Positions 40,201 to 52,302 of a stretch of DNA of 64,000 nt are shown here, piece after piece. The stretch is taken from NCBI RefSeq assembly GCF_003704095.1, contig NW_020847100.1:682001-746000 (forward strand), given 5' to 3'. Position 1 is the first letter of the stretch; each line of letters starts with the position of its first letter. Below the pieces are notes generated by a model. It worked only from the letters and a program-made list of their open reading frames with translations. It did no database searches and had not been told where the DNA came from. Both the position numbers and the translations under genes were made by a program. The DNA comes from Pocillopora damicornis (taxonomy: Eukaryota).

Positions 40201-42466
40201 AGCTTGTCAATACTCACTCGGGGGCTAATTAACAATGCCAGAGCAGTAATGTAAAGACTTGGACCCTGTCGGTTGGGCGACATCTAAGTATTTTAACATT
40301 CCACGTAATGGGAACCATTTCTCTGTGTGACAGAGATTTGTTTTATCATGTTTAGTCTTTAAAAGTCTCCAAAAAACTTCGAGAATGAAATTCTGCTGTC
40401 TACCTCTACGCTGCCTATTCTTTGTAGCCGTTCTCTTTTGGGGGAGTGACTTTCACGCTCCAAGGTAAGAGACTAACTTGACTGCATTGTATTCGCTTGC
40501 ATATTTTCAAGCTTTTTCTTCCTATATCTTTATTCTATCTTTTATGTTTCGCTATTCACCAGATTCATCACAAAACGCCTCTTAGCTTATCAGGCGTTTA
40601 AATTTCCGTAGATATTGCTTAAGCTTAATCTACGAGAACATCAAATAAATAGCGAATATATTTTGAAAAACTTTCCACTGTCAAGATACGCTTCTGATAT
40701 GACGAAAATGTGTTTATGGGTAAGCTATATTGGTCTTTGTTGAGATACGAAAAGTAAAATATAAAACAGAATACCTCTATTGTTAAACACAAAGCAGCCG
40801 CACATTTTTTTCCTTTTTATTTCGTCCCTTCTTGCGGAAAATACAAGCAGCTCACTGGTTGGATACACATTTCAGAGTTAATTGAACCTATTAATCAGAA
40901 TTGCACTCATACATCAGCGATCTGCTTAAAAGAAAACCATGAAAGCTGTAAGGACGGTTTACACTCTGGTAACTGCTTTGTGAAAAGGTAAGCTAAACGT
41001 CCGCGTGCTTCTGTTGTTTCGAGTGTGCGCTCCCCTGAAATTCGGTAAAATTTCGTTTTGACATTAAAATAAAACAAAAACAGGAACGAGAAACTTGTAG
41101 TTTTGGCTATTATCAGATAGAGCCAACGATTACCATATTTAATAATGTTTCACAATCGTTTTTTTCAAATGTAAGATGAGAGAGTTGTGTTATTTTCGTT
41201 CTTTTCCCTCTCTCTCTATCAGACACAAATTCCAATCTGTTCCCTTACTAACGTTTTTGGGCATTTTTTTCAATAAGGGATGGGTCGCTCTAGAGCGAAT
41301 TCAACTATTTACTTATTTTTCGCTAGTCAAATATTGGCAAAATAATTTGCAATTTCCTATTTTTGGCGGTGGTCGCATTGAACTAGTATCCTCTAACCAA
41401 AACTTCATTGATTGACGCATGCGTCAATCACAAACCCATCTCCCTCTATTAAAATATAAAGAAAAATTCTCGCTCGAATTACTGGGCAAGAATGGATCGT
41501 TGTCGAATGATTATCTCTGCATTTTTCGGGTTTTTGTGGAATTTTGCATTTCTTCCTCAGCAAAACAAAGAAGCGTTTTTTACATTGTTGGCACAATATC
41601 AGCAGGTTTTTAAGCGGCTAGCGTCAGCTTTTAGACGTAGAAGACGAAGACCTCGCTTAAATAGAGCTCGCTTTCTAAATCTTCCCTGGTCGAGGTCTCC
41701 TCGTCCAGCGGAGTCACGGTTCGAGATTGAGATTATATATTGTATTTCACTTTCTTTTTTCCTTGCCGATCTTTTTGGTTGAAGCTTGCACCGCTTGTGC
41801 TGGTTTCGATAATTCCAGTGGAAGGAGAAGTACTCGTTGAAGCCGATTGTTCTGCAAATTGCTGCCAATGACCGGGCCCGGGGTACGTGTCAGACATTCG
41901 TCAAAATTCCTCATTCCGCTCAAACGAAAACTGAGGGTCAGATGGACAACGAAAAAAAATTGTATCCTTCCATCGCAAGCGGCAGATCACACTAGCGGAC
42001 CACAGTGTATTTTTCCCGCTAAAATTTTATGTAGACAACTCTCGCGGACGATGACAGCTAAATGGTTTAAAAAACAAAATTGTTTGGAGCCGATGTCCGT
42101 GGCAGGACATCGGCTCCTATGAAGGCTGGCGAAATCTTGGCGATCCGCAAAAATTTGGCAAGTTTTTAAAATTAGGGATCGCATTTATTTTACGCTACTT
42201 GGTACCATATTTTTTTTGGCTAAAACAAACAAAAAAAAGCTCTGTGCGACCCAAGCCTAAGTACATAATTTACAAAACTCCTCATTATGTTATTTCTTCT
42301 CTATGTTGATATCCTGGGATTAGTTTTGAATGTTGAGACCATTTGTTTGCGAGGAGAGAACTATTCTTCAACGAGAATCGACACCTCAGGTGCCATGCTG
42401 AACGGCCGGTTTCCGGGTGAGTTTAGAGCTATTTCATTTGGCGGGAATGATTTTGTGGATTGAGGG

Positions 42467-43792
42467 GGTGTAGTTTGGATTGAAAATGCAGGTTGTCGCG
42501 GCTTGAGTCCAGTCCCACAAAAATGTTTAATTTGGGTTGATGATCAACTGATCTTAACACTTTTTTTTCTTAAAAGTCCATCACTGGATTACCAGTGCTA
42601 AATCTTAATGGGTATTGCTTTGAGCGTGGTCTAAAACATGGCCTTTGCAGAGAAGGTTGTTTGTGCCGAACCGTTGGTTTATTCAAATTTATGTTCAGGT
42701 ACATTTGTTTCACTTGCGAAACCTCTCAACATCCTAGCCTGTAGTTTTGATTTCCAGTTTCTTAGTCTTGAATATTTTCGAGAACTCGCCATTTTCTCTC
42801 GGCTAGAGGGATTAGTCATGGTTGTTTGTGGCTAGTTATGCAGGTTCGGATCAGGCTAACTCACGAAAAGAAAAGAAAACAAACAAACATCGAATAAAGC
42901 TGAGAAAGACTGTAGATTCAAATATTTTCGACCACTAATTTGATTTATTATAGTTTCCATCTAGGGAATGAAGCAAGCTATAATATTTGTTTTCTAGGAA
43001 AATTGAAGTAAAAACTAGAAATTACTGCATTCGATCCAAACTGCATGACAAACATGAACATGCATGCAAACAAAGACGCAATTTACCTAAGATTTCTTTA
43101 GAATTTCTTCTTCATTTCTGAGGAAATGATCCAAAATCGGTTAGTTTCTTCGTTTACCTAGTTGTGTGGTTGTTGATGGTGCTGTTTGACATTTTTGATG
43201 TTTTGAAATGTGTGCTTGCTCTAAAAGTAAATTAAAACAAAAATACCAGGAGTAACTTGAGGGATCAAACTATGCAAATGAATCGTGGCAGTATCCATGG
43301 TAATGATACTGACAGCTGTACATAAGTCAAATAAAATCCGAGAGAGTGATTTATTGAATTTGAAGTGAAGTGAAAAGATACTTGTCAGCTGAAATTGATA
43401 AAATCTAGGTCAATAATTAACAATTACTTACCGACACTTAGGTGCATAGTTGTTTTATTATATACTCTTTTATTTCTGTCAGTATACTGAAAATGGTCGC
43501 AAATTGAACTCTTAGTTAAAGAGCGAAGTGTCCCCTCGGTTGCTCAAAGGTGCATAGGACTTGATAATCAATACCGGAGAAGCCGATAACCGCGTAGATA
43601 GTAATACAAGCTCTGACCAAATCTAACTAAGTCTATTCAGGACTACAATCACCCTTCATATCTCATTAAGGTGGCCTCGTACAGTTATAAATACTCATAA
43701 ATCACTGCACATACTTTGATCAATTATATCGCCTTCTACCATCTACTTGCGGCTTCGTTGCAGAATATTAGCAGATCAACATAGATTTGAGT
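42467..43792. repeat. ~1.3-kb inverted copy of 44951-46273 (upstream region of the 44815 gene)
   Basis: Continuous reverse-complement similarity from GTGTAGTTTGGATTGAAAATGCAGG to CAACATAGATTTGAGT, ending at a gap. Confidence 0.9.
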
Positions 43793-43913
43793 NNNNNNNN
43801 NNNNNNNNNNNNNNNNNNNNNNNNNNNNNNNNNNNNNNNNNNNNNNNNNNNNNNNNNNNNNNNNNNNNNNNNNNNNNNNNNNNNNNNNNNNNTTGTTTTA
43901 TCCACACTCTTAC

Positions 43914-44815
43914 CTCAGTACCAATGTAAATAAAATCATTGCGAGGCTTGAGATCTTGGGGGTATTCAGTTCCGTCTGAATCACTTAGTTCACATATTAT
44001 GTGATCGCCGAAGTGTGGACCAATATTGATTGCTACGCAGCGACTTTCCATAACACACTGAGTCCTGCAGGGGTCTTGTATATCAACCGGAAGCGTAAGG
44101 TTCTGAATCACGTGACCATAAAGAGCATAGCCCTTAATGACAGCAGTATATTTCACATGACGTCCGCACACGTCTGAAAGGCATGATAACGAAAATTGCT
44201 CATTGAAAAGTATGTACATATGTCTCGAGTTACACATTCTTTTTAGTATCATGTGCATTCACAATTACAAAATGAATGGAGATACTCTCAAGGCGTTTTC
44301 TCGTTTAGGAATCTAGAGAAGTCTAGCTTTATATCTCCAATTTATGGAATTTTGTGGAAAATGCTGGTGTATGCCAAGGAGCTATTGCATTCTTTGCAGT
44401 GTCTCCTCTTTTTGCTTGTTTTGCTTGTTTTTTTTTTTACTTTACTTGTTTGTTTGTTTGTTTTTTTATTTGAGAGTACTTCTTGACAGGATGTTATGTT
44501 TGGAGCCGGATTGGAACATTTTTCTAACAAGCCTTTTTTTTTTCACATTTGAATCACACTGGTGTGGTCAATGCTGTGGATCTTACAATACGTGTAGCTG
44601 GAATGTTAGACCTTTTTTTGCACGTTTTTGTGGATAATCAGTCCAAAAGGAGATTATTTAAATTTTGAAAAAAAAACTTTGTATAAATTAGCGTTATAGT
44701 GTTAAAACGGAGTTTCCTTACCGTGGGTCGCATCTGCACCGTAATAAGACCAATTATCCTGAGCAAGAAGAACAACGACCAGCGCACAAACAGTTGACAA
44801 GAACAAGGTTTTCAT
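43914..44815 (-). CDS. Signal peptide + PAN-domain 5' exons of a family member (exons 44815-44722, 44173-43914; rest in gap)
   Basis: MKTLFLSTVCALVVVLLA signal exon with phase-1 GTAAG donor; PAN-like PCRTQCVMESRCVAINIG..CELSDSD exon with GTAAG donor. Confidence 0.85.
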
Positions 44816-46844
44816 TTTCTCAGTATAATCGTTTGATGGCTAAATCTTATTAACTGACAGTTCCTGAAGTTTACTAGGCTCTGTTCAAAAAATAGGTGTC
44901 CATCTTGGATACATTTTAGTGAACCTAAAATGAACTGACATTACATGTTAACTCAAATCTATGTTGACCTGTTAATATTCTGCAACGACGCCGCAAGTAG
45001 ATGGTAGAAGGCGATATAATTGATCAAAGTATGAGCAGTAATTTATGAGTATATATGACTGTGCGAGGTCGCTTCAATGAAATATGAAGGGTGATTGCAG
45101 TCCTGAATAGATTGAGTTAGATTTTGTCAGAACTGGTATTACTATATACCACACGGTGAAAAGTGCTCTTCGCACGTGGTGATCGGCTTCTCCGGTATTG
45201 ATTATCAAGTCCTATTCACCTTCGAGCAGCCGAAGGGACGCTATCGCTCTTTAATTAAGAGTTTAATTTGCGACCATTTTCGGTATACTAACAGAAATAA
45301 AAGAGTATATACTAAAACAAATATGCACCTAAGTGTCGGTAAGTAATTGTTAATTATTGACCTAAATCTTATCAATTTCAGCTGACAAGTATCTTTTCAC
45401 TTCACTTCAAATTCAATAAATCACTTACTCGGTTTTTATTTGACTTACGTACAGCTGTCAATATCATTACCATGGATACTGCCACAATTCATTTGCATAG
45501 TTTGATCCCTCACGTTACTCCTGATATTTTTGTTTTTAATTTACTTTTACAGCAAGCAAACATTTCAAAATATCAAAAATGTCAAACAGGACCATCAACA
45601 ACCACACAACTAGGTAAACGAAGAAACTGACCAATTTTGGATCATTTCCTCAGAAATGAGGAAAAAATACTAAGGAAATCTTAGGTAAATTGCATCTTTG
45701 TTTACATGCATGTTTATGTTTATCATGCAGTTTGGATTGAATGCAGTACTTTCTAGTTTTACTTCAATTTTCCTAGAAAACAAATGTTATGGCTTGCTTC
45801 ATTCCCTAAATGGAAACTATAATAAATCAAATTTGTGTTCGAAATATTTGAATCTACGGTCTTTCTCAGCTTTATTCACTGTTTGGTTGTTTTCCTTTCT
45901 ATTTATGAGTTAGCCTGATCCGAACTTGAATAACTAGCCACAAACTAACATGGCTAATCCATCCAGCCGAGATAAAAAAAAAAACTGGAAATCAAAACTT
46001 TCAGGCTATGATGTTGAGAGGTTTCGCGAAACAAGTGTACCTGAACATAAATTTGAATAAACCAAGGGTTCGGCGCCAACAACCTTCCCTGCAAAGGCTA
46101 TGTTTTAGACCACGCTCAAAGCAATACCCATTAAGATTTAGTGCTGTTAATTCAGTGATGGACTTTTAAGAAAAATGTGTTAAGATCAGTTGATCATCAA
46201 CCCAAATTAAAATTTTTTTTTGTGGGACTGGATTTAAGCCGCGACAACCTGCATTTTCAATCCAAACTACACCTACTACTTAAAATGTCTTTTTTGGTTA
46301 CAGGAATAAACTAGATTTTTGATACCTACCTTGGCATTGACGGTACTTGAGAAATATTTCCTTGTCTTGTATAAGAATCTGTTTCATTTGAGAAGAAATG
46401 TTTTAATGGAGAAGGATTTGGTTTTTGTCAGTTCTAATTAAAAGCTAAAAATAATCTCTCCAGGACTCTTTCGTTTTGGCTCATTGTTTCCTAAAGTAAT
46501 TTGCTAAAAGGTGTCGTAAAATTATAACATCTTAGTCTCTTTAATTAAAAGCTTTGTCTTTAAAGATGTCAGTCGGTTGCCGAAATTTTAACTAGGAAAG
46601 AAAATATGCACACTGTTTTTCTTAATCTTTCGCCAAAACAACATGCATATTTAAAGCCTTGGAAATTTCAATGAAGGAATAGCATCAAAATACTAGGTTA
46701 AAAACACTATATAGACTTTCAGGGCGTTTAAATAAAGTCTGGGAAATTAAGGATTTTCTTCTCCATTCATAGCGTGGACGGCATTTTAAAATGAGTCAGC
46801 TTTGCTCTTATTTGGTAATGAACTCTATAAACGTAGATATAGCA

Positions 46845-47064
46845 AATAGCCATTTTACAGTTGTGTACCTCGTTGCCAAGCCTTTGATTTGGATTGAGGC
46901 TGAAGGTAGCCTTGTTGTGATAGAGACCAGTATTTAGTTAGCATGATAACGAAGTAATTTGCATCTGAAAAGTGAGCAGAGTTTGTATCATAACGAGGTC
47001 GACCTCAGCCTCACTCTTACTCAAAGGCTTGGCAACCAAGCACACAACTGTAAAATTTACTATT
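46845..47064. mobile_element. MITE-like foldback element
   Basis: 220 bp with long imperfect terminal inverted repeats AATAGCCATTTTACAGTTGTG..TTGCCAAGCCTTTGA / TCAAAGGCTTGGCAA..CACAACTGTAAAATTTACTATT. Confidence 0.75.
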
Positions 47065-47627
47065 GGAGTAACATACAAAAATTCAAAACAGACGAACTCG
47101 CCTCTGAAAGAACACCTGGGTGTAAGAGTATCAAGTTCGGGTGAGGGGGGGGGGTAGGGGGAATGAAGGGGAGAGGGAAGATGCCTGATTCTGGTTAAGT
47201 TCTGGTTTCGATCCTTGTCTGGGGTAAACTTTGTACCTATGCAAGGCACTTTCCTATTTGACTGTCTCACTCTACACAGGAGCAGGAATGCTTAGGCCAG
47301 AATTCGACCTATTGGAGAAATGGACGAAATCAGTGCTTCAAAGAAAGAGCAGAACTAGTAACATCTTCATTGACATGTTTGAAACGTAGCAATAATTGCA
47401 GTCAGTTAAATGTAGTCTCTGGCTTGCTTGTGAGACTTCACACATATGTTTAGGAAATGCAGAGTGAGGAAAAGACTTTTCAGTCGCACATATTTACTGA
47501 AGATTGGTGATTCTGTTCTATTTTTTTGTGGATTTACAGAGGCATGAGTTTATGGCACATCTTTTAGTAGATATATATTTCCGAAATCATATCGCTCTTG
47601 GGTTCAGTCAAGAGGTTTTGTCTTTCT

Positions 47628-48016
47628 GTCACTGTAGCAAAATATACCCCATTGCCTGGATAGCTATGTCTCCATTATCAGCCCTGTGTCTGGCCACGTT
47701 TCCACATGAAACCGTGCCAAACCCGAGTCTGGAATCCCAAGTGTAGCAGTGACCGTTTTCATTGCCTGGAAAGCCAATGCTTGTTCAGAATGAGACGAAG
47801 AACCCCGGGCATTAAACCCTTTCTTGTTGAATTCTGGCTGTAAAGATGCCTGAGAACCAATCAACGACTTCCATTTCATACGACCCACTGAAAGGGCACG
47901 AAAGTGCCCGTGAGCGATTAATGAGTAGAGGGAGATTGCCTCCATGTGAATGTCTATGGAAATGGCCTGATTTACGATTCTCATACAAGTTAAGGCAGAT
48001 CTTGGACAAAGGTTTC
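47628..48016 (-). pseudogene. Decayed USOMP5-like terminal exon, closest to the 35978 copy
   Basis: [37 protein letters not shown] followed by deletions and frameshifts; its 5' side abuts a SINE. Confidence 0.8.
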
Positions 48017-48210
48017 TTGTCAGCTCAGCTGGTAGAGCGCTGCACCGGTATCGCAGAGGTCATGGGTTCAAATCCCGTACAGGCCTGATTTTTTTTCCAG
48101 GCCTTATTTTCACTACTGCTTAAGTACTGTCCATTACTGCGAGGGTCACTTTCGTATTCACGCCTTTATCCGCAGTTCAAATATATGACCTTCATATATT
48201 CACAGTCCTT
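48015..48210 (+). mobile_element. tRNA-derived SINE-like repeat
   Basis: A box (AGCTCAGCTGGTAGAGC), anticodon-like arm CTGCA-CCGGTAT-CGCAG, B box GGTTCAAATCC, then a ~120-bp non-tRNA body and an AT-rich tail. Confidence 0.8.
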
Positions 48211-48507
48211 TATATATATGGAGTAGTCAAACCTCTACATATATATATATACCATATACCTCCCTCTATTTATCTATCTATTATCTATCAATATAGAGGT
48301 TTGGCGTGTCAAGTCAATCAGTTCTTCTTTAGGCAAATCAGAAGGTCGGTCTCCTCAGCCACACAGATTAACAAATGTTTGCAATGAATTTTGGGGGAAA
48401 AGTTTTTGAAGGAAATACACTGCTGCTTCGGTGGGGGGTATTAAAAATAATTTGATTTTATCAACTGAGTTGATAAAGTAAAGAATTCAACGTACAGAAT
48501 CTATAAT

Positions 48508-48540
48508 GCTGACGTTTCGAGCGTTCGCCCTTCTTCAGAG
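48508..48540 (-). ncRNA. Minimal hammerhead ribozyme motif in a Penelope-like repeat fragment (~48440-48540)
   Basis: Minus strand reads CT-CTGAAGA-A-GGGC(GAAC)GCTC-GAAA-CG-TC-AG: core boxes, stem II, palindromic ACGT stem III, GUC cleavage triplet. Confidence 0.7.
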
Positions 48541-48609
48541 GTTTTTTTGGTTGCAATTAATTGATTATGTAAGAGCTTTTAATTTAGAGCCATTTAGCGC
48601 GAAAATTTA

Positions 48610-49335
48610 TAACGGTAATTGAACTGAGAAGAGTTCAATTTGTACAAATAAACATTTGATTTCGAGTGCAATTTGGAATAAATCAGTAGGGGTAAATTTT
48701 TCAAAGGCAAAAAATTCAGCATGCTCATTGGCTGAGAACGCGGCAAATATTCTCAAACAGTGGAGGAAGTTGAAATCGAGTGCGGAAAGTTGAAGTTAAA
48801 TTGATTAACAGATAAGTGGCGACGGCGGTACAAAACAAAAAGGCGGACGGGCGAGGAGAAAGTAACAACGTTTAAATTCAGAGTTTAAAAAAATCCAACC
48901 AGGGGAAAAACAACTGGCTAAAAGTGTGCTTTCGAAAAATGGATATGAAAGTACGAACAGAAGGCTCTGAATAAAGTTCTCGAGGAGTTTTACGCAACAG
49001 CTCTTATGAAAGACAGGGAAGATTACGAGCGTGATAGCTTTCTTGTGATGGTTTCTGCAGTTAACAATTTCTTACAGGGAAGAAATACAAACTCTCGAAA
49101 ATTTTCGAGGGAGGTTTTAAAAACTGATTTGAAGCAGGAGGAGGAAAAGCTTGACCACTCCGTCATCAAGGTAGAGGCTCGCGACCGAGCTGGTAAACCA
49201 TTACACAAAAGGAAAGCAAATTCATATCGAATTCGCTCACAGGGCTCGTGCAACTTGGTTAGCCTTTAAAAAATGTACAAGTGGTAAATTATCCCAAATT
49301 GCACTCGAAATCATGTGATTACTGATACAAATCGC
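48610..49335 (+). mobile_element. Degenerate Crypton-like (DUF3504/tyrosine-recombinase-related) element
   Basis: Relic peptide LNKVLEEFYATALMKDREDYERDSFLVMVSAV resembles the L..FY..vrkkdG.dYep.sl motif. Inverted repeats TGATTTCGAGTGCAATTTGG (~48658) / CCAAATTGCACTCGAAATCA (~49295). Confidence 0.55.
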
Positions 49336-51378
49336 ATCGATGAGAGACAATCAGATTGCAAGGATCATCGTGATTTAAATACGGATGTAATAAATGATTT
49401 AACCCGTTTCAAAGTTTTCTCCATTGAAGCCAACTCTGCACTGACAAAAGTATTCTTTCTCTGTATATCCGTCGAGACAGGTTCCATTGTGAGCACACGG
49501 GTTATTCAAGCAGCAACTCTCATATAAAGAAAGTTTAATTATGGGACAAGGAATCTCATTGAGATGTGACTAATAAAAGAAAGACTAGAAACGGAAAAAA
49601 ATGGAGACAGGAAAGCAGACAAGAATATCGAAATCGTATGATTAATCTTCCATTTCCCACCTCGGTTCCAAGATAGGCAAAACCATCCCGAGGCTTCAAG
49701 CAATTTCATCCAGTTGACTACAGTTAGCGACTATAAACAGCCTCTATCTTGATTCTTGATTCTTACTAAAACGAAATATTTTTGCCATACAATAAATCCT
49801 TTATCTTCCAAGCTTTATCGGTCAAGATGGCTGAATAATAGCCTCTTTTTTCTCCGTTTTAATTTTTTTCGACCACGCCTTGGTCCATAAAAAACGCAAA
49901 AAAAAAAAAAAAAAGAAAAGAAAAAAGAACTCGGGTAAATCCGATCATCTTGACCTCGCGCCTGGTCAATAACACATATATAATCTTACAGTCTTTTCTG
50001 CCTGTATCAAATGCCTTGATAAAACCAAATCAGTTAATGTAATCAACCGAGCCTGACGCCATATATTTTACCATGGGCAAGCAGATTCATTGGGTATGTT
50101 CTTCGCGAATTCTTGGTTACGTTTGTAAACATAGAAATATTACGCGCGTCTGATTGGCTGAAAACGAGGCATTTTTCATGTGTCATGCAAAGTTGTAACA
50201 CGGGTGGAAATTATAAATAGGGTGCAGTTCTGTTGCCTCGGTCATGACGCACGAACCTCGCTGTGCTCGGTCCCTGCGTCATGACCTCAAGCCCAACATT
50301 TTACTGAGTGGCCCTCCCACTCAGTCACCAATTGCAAATTATTACCACATGGTCGTGAATTTACTTCCACGTCAATTTCAGCTGTGCGAGCTCATCGGCA
50401 TATTTATCAAGTTATTTCAACGTTGGAAGAAGAGTTAAAAAACAAAGGAAAACAGGTTATTGTAGAGTAACTTTTTCTGGTTAGGTTTTGCTTGTCCTTG
50501 CATGGCTTCTCTCTCAATAAAGTGATGAAGAATTGAAAAACGAAAACAAATTATGACATTAAGTAATGTTGTCTTTCTCTGAGCCGTGTGTCTAAATATT
50601 AAGAACATTAACTGAGTAGCAAAACATCTGTTATAGGCAGTTTACAAAATTCAAACTAAGCTGAAACGATCTCGAATACTTCCAACCAAATAAAAGGGAT
50701 CTAAAAACGTTATTCTGCTGATCAGCATGTAATCTGCATATAATGACTTTTTATCCAAACTGGGAAACACAAGAAACTACACTATAATAAAGATAACAGA
50801 TGAATCTAAATTAAAATAATGAGAGAAACAAAGACAGCAAGTTATCGTTTTCCTATGCATGTTAATTTCCTTTATTCTTTGTAATTATAGTTAAGGTTCC
50901 TAGAATCTACTGTTTGTAGTTTTCTGGTTCTTTTTGATACACAGTTTTCAAATCATACCATAGAATCTACAGTCAATCAGAAAACAGGATATCATTTGCA
51001 TATTGCACGGAATTACACCCACCCTTTCCAATGTGCGCTGCGATCTTATTCGTGACACTTTTTATTGATATTAATATGAATGCTGCGATTAAAAGAAATG
51101 CATATCACCTCCTCTAATACTAAATCATAATACTTTAACGCTTCGCTTTTTGCAGCTATCAGTCACCTCAAAGTGGATATAACGTGAATTTAGTGCGTTA
51201 TTTGCAGACACAGTTATGACCTGGATTTTGTGGAAAACATCTTCGCTGACAGCAGGCCCAATTTGAATCTAAAATAATATTTGTTTTTTTTCCAAAAGGC
51301 CATATTCAAATGAGTTATCATTATCCTTCCTTCAGATATTCCATCAAACGCTGAACAAAACCTTCAATTATTTTCACA

Positions 51379-52302
51379 ATGATGACGAGCAAGTTTAAAG
51401 CGAACTATTCCAGCAACGCAGAGGCTAATCCCAAGAGTGGTTTTGAGACAGTAGTTCTTGCAAACTGCATCCTCAATGCACCTTTAATGTTACTATCAAT
51501 CATTGGTAACGCTCTTCTGTTAGTCGCCATAATGAGGACGCCATCAATTCGTTCACCGTCTGTCATTTTTCTCTGCAGTTTGGCTGTTTCAGATCTTCTT
51601 GTGGGATTGGTGGTACAACCAGCTTATATAGCAGAACAAATAGTGAGAACTGTCCCAACACTACAAAAAGCAGTAGGAGCAATGGGATTTGTTGGGTGCG
51701 GTGTCTCTCTTTGCACGATGACAGCCATAACAGTGGATCGTTTCTTAGCTCTCCACTATCACCTGCAGTACCCAAATTTAATGACAACAAGCCGGGCAAT
51801 CTATACAATAATAACTATTTGGTGTATTATCACGTTGTTCTCTTTTTCAATTCTTTGGTCGCTGAGTATTTATTATTTTTTTGCAACGTTTTGTATCACA
51901 ATTTGCCTTTTAGTTTGCTTGGTTTGTTTCATCAAGATTTACCGAATTGCACGTCGGCATCAGTTGCAAATTCACGTTCAACAACAAGTAGTGGAAAATT
52001 CAACTGACACACATAAACAGCAAATACGACAATCAACTAAGAGTGCAAAAAATATTTTTATATATTTCCTAACGATGATTTTATGTTACTCTCCATTTTC
52101 AATTGTTGTAATTATTTCAGGTTTTACTAGTTTAGATCTACAAGTTATACGGACTTTCCCAGTCACTGTAGCATTCATGAACTCTTCCATCAATCCATTT
52201 TTGTATTGTTGGCGTATGACCGAGCTCAGAACGGCAGTTTTAAAGACAGCGAAGCTTTTTTCTTGTAGGCAAACGGATGAAAGAGTTCTAACCTTGAATT
52301 AA
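51379..52302 (+). CDS. Intronless class A GPCR, 307 aa (melanocortin/adenosine-receptor-like orphan)
   Basis: Seven hydrophobic segments with GN, LAVSD, VDRF, CYSP and NSSINPFLYCWR motifs; intact ORF. Confidence 0.93.
   Translation: MMTSKFKANYSSNAEANPKSGFETVVLANCILNAPLMLLSIIGNALLLVAIMRTPSIRSPSVIFLCSLAVSDLLVGLVVQPAYIAEQIVRTVPTLQKAVGAMGFVGCGVSLCTMTAITVDRFLALHYHLQYPNLMTTSRAIYTIITIWCIITLFSFSILWSLSIYYFFATFCITICLLVCLVCFIKIYRIARRHQLQIHVQQQVVENSTDTHKQQIRQSTKSAKNIFIYFLTMILCYSPFSIVVIISGFTSLDLQVIRTFPVTVAFMNSSINPFLYCWRMTELRTAVLKTAKLFSCRQTDERVLTLN

Noticed and set aside
48012-48085. Functional tRNA-Thr(GGT)
   Set aside because: Poor acceptor stem, mismatched anticodon stem, an anticodon not normally used in eukaryotes, and continuation into a SINE body.
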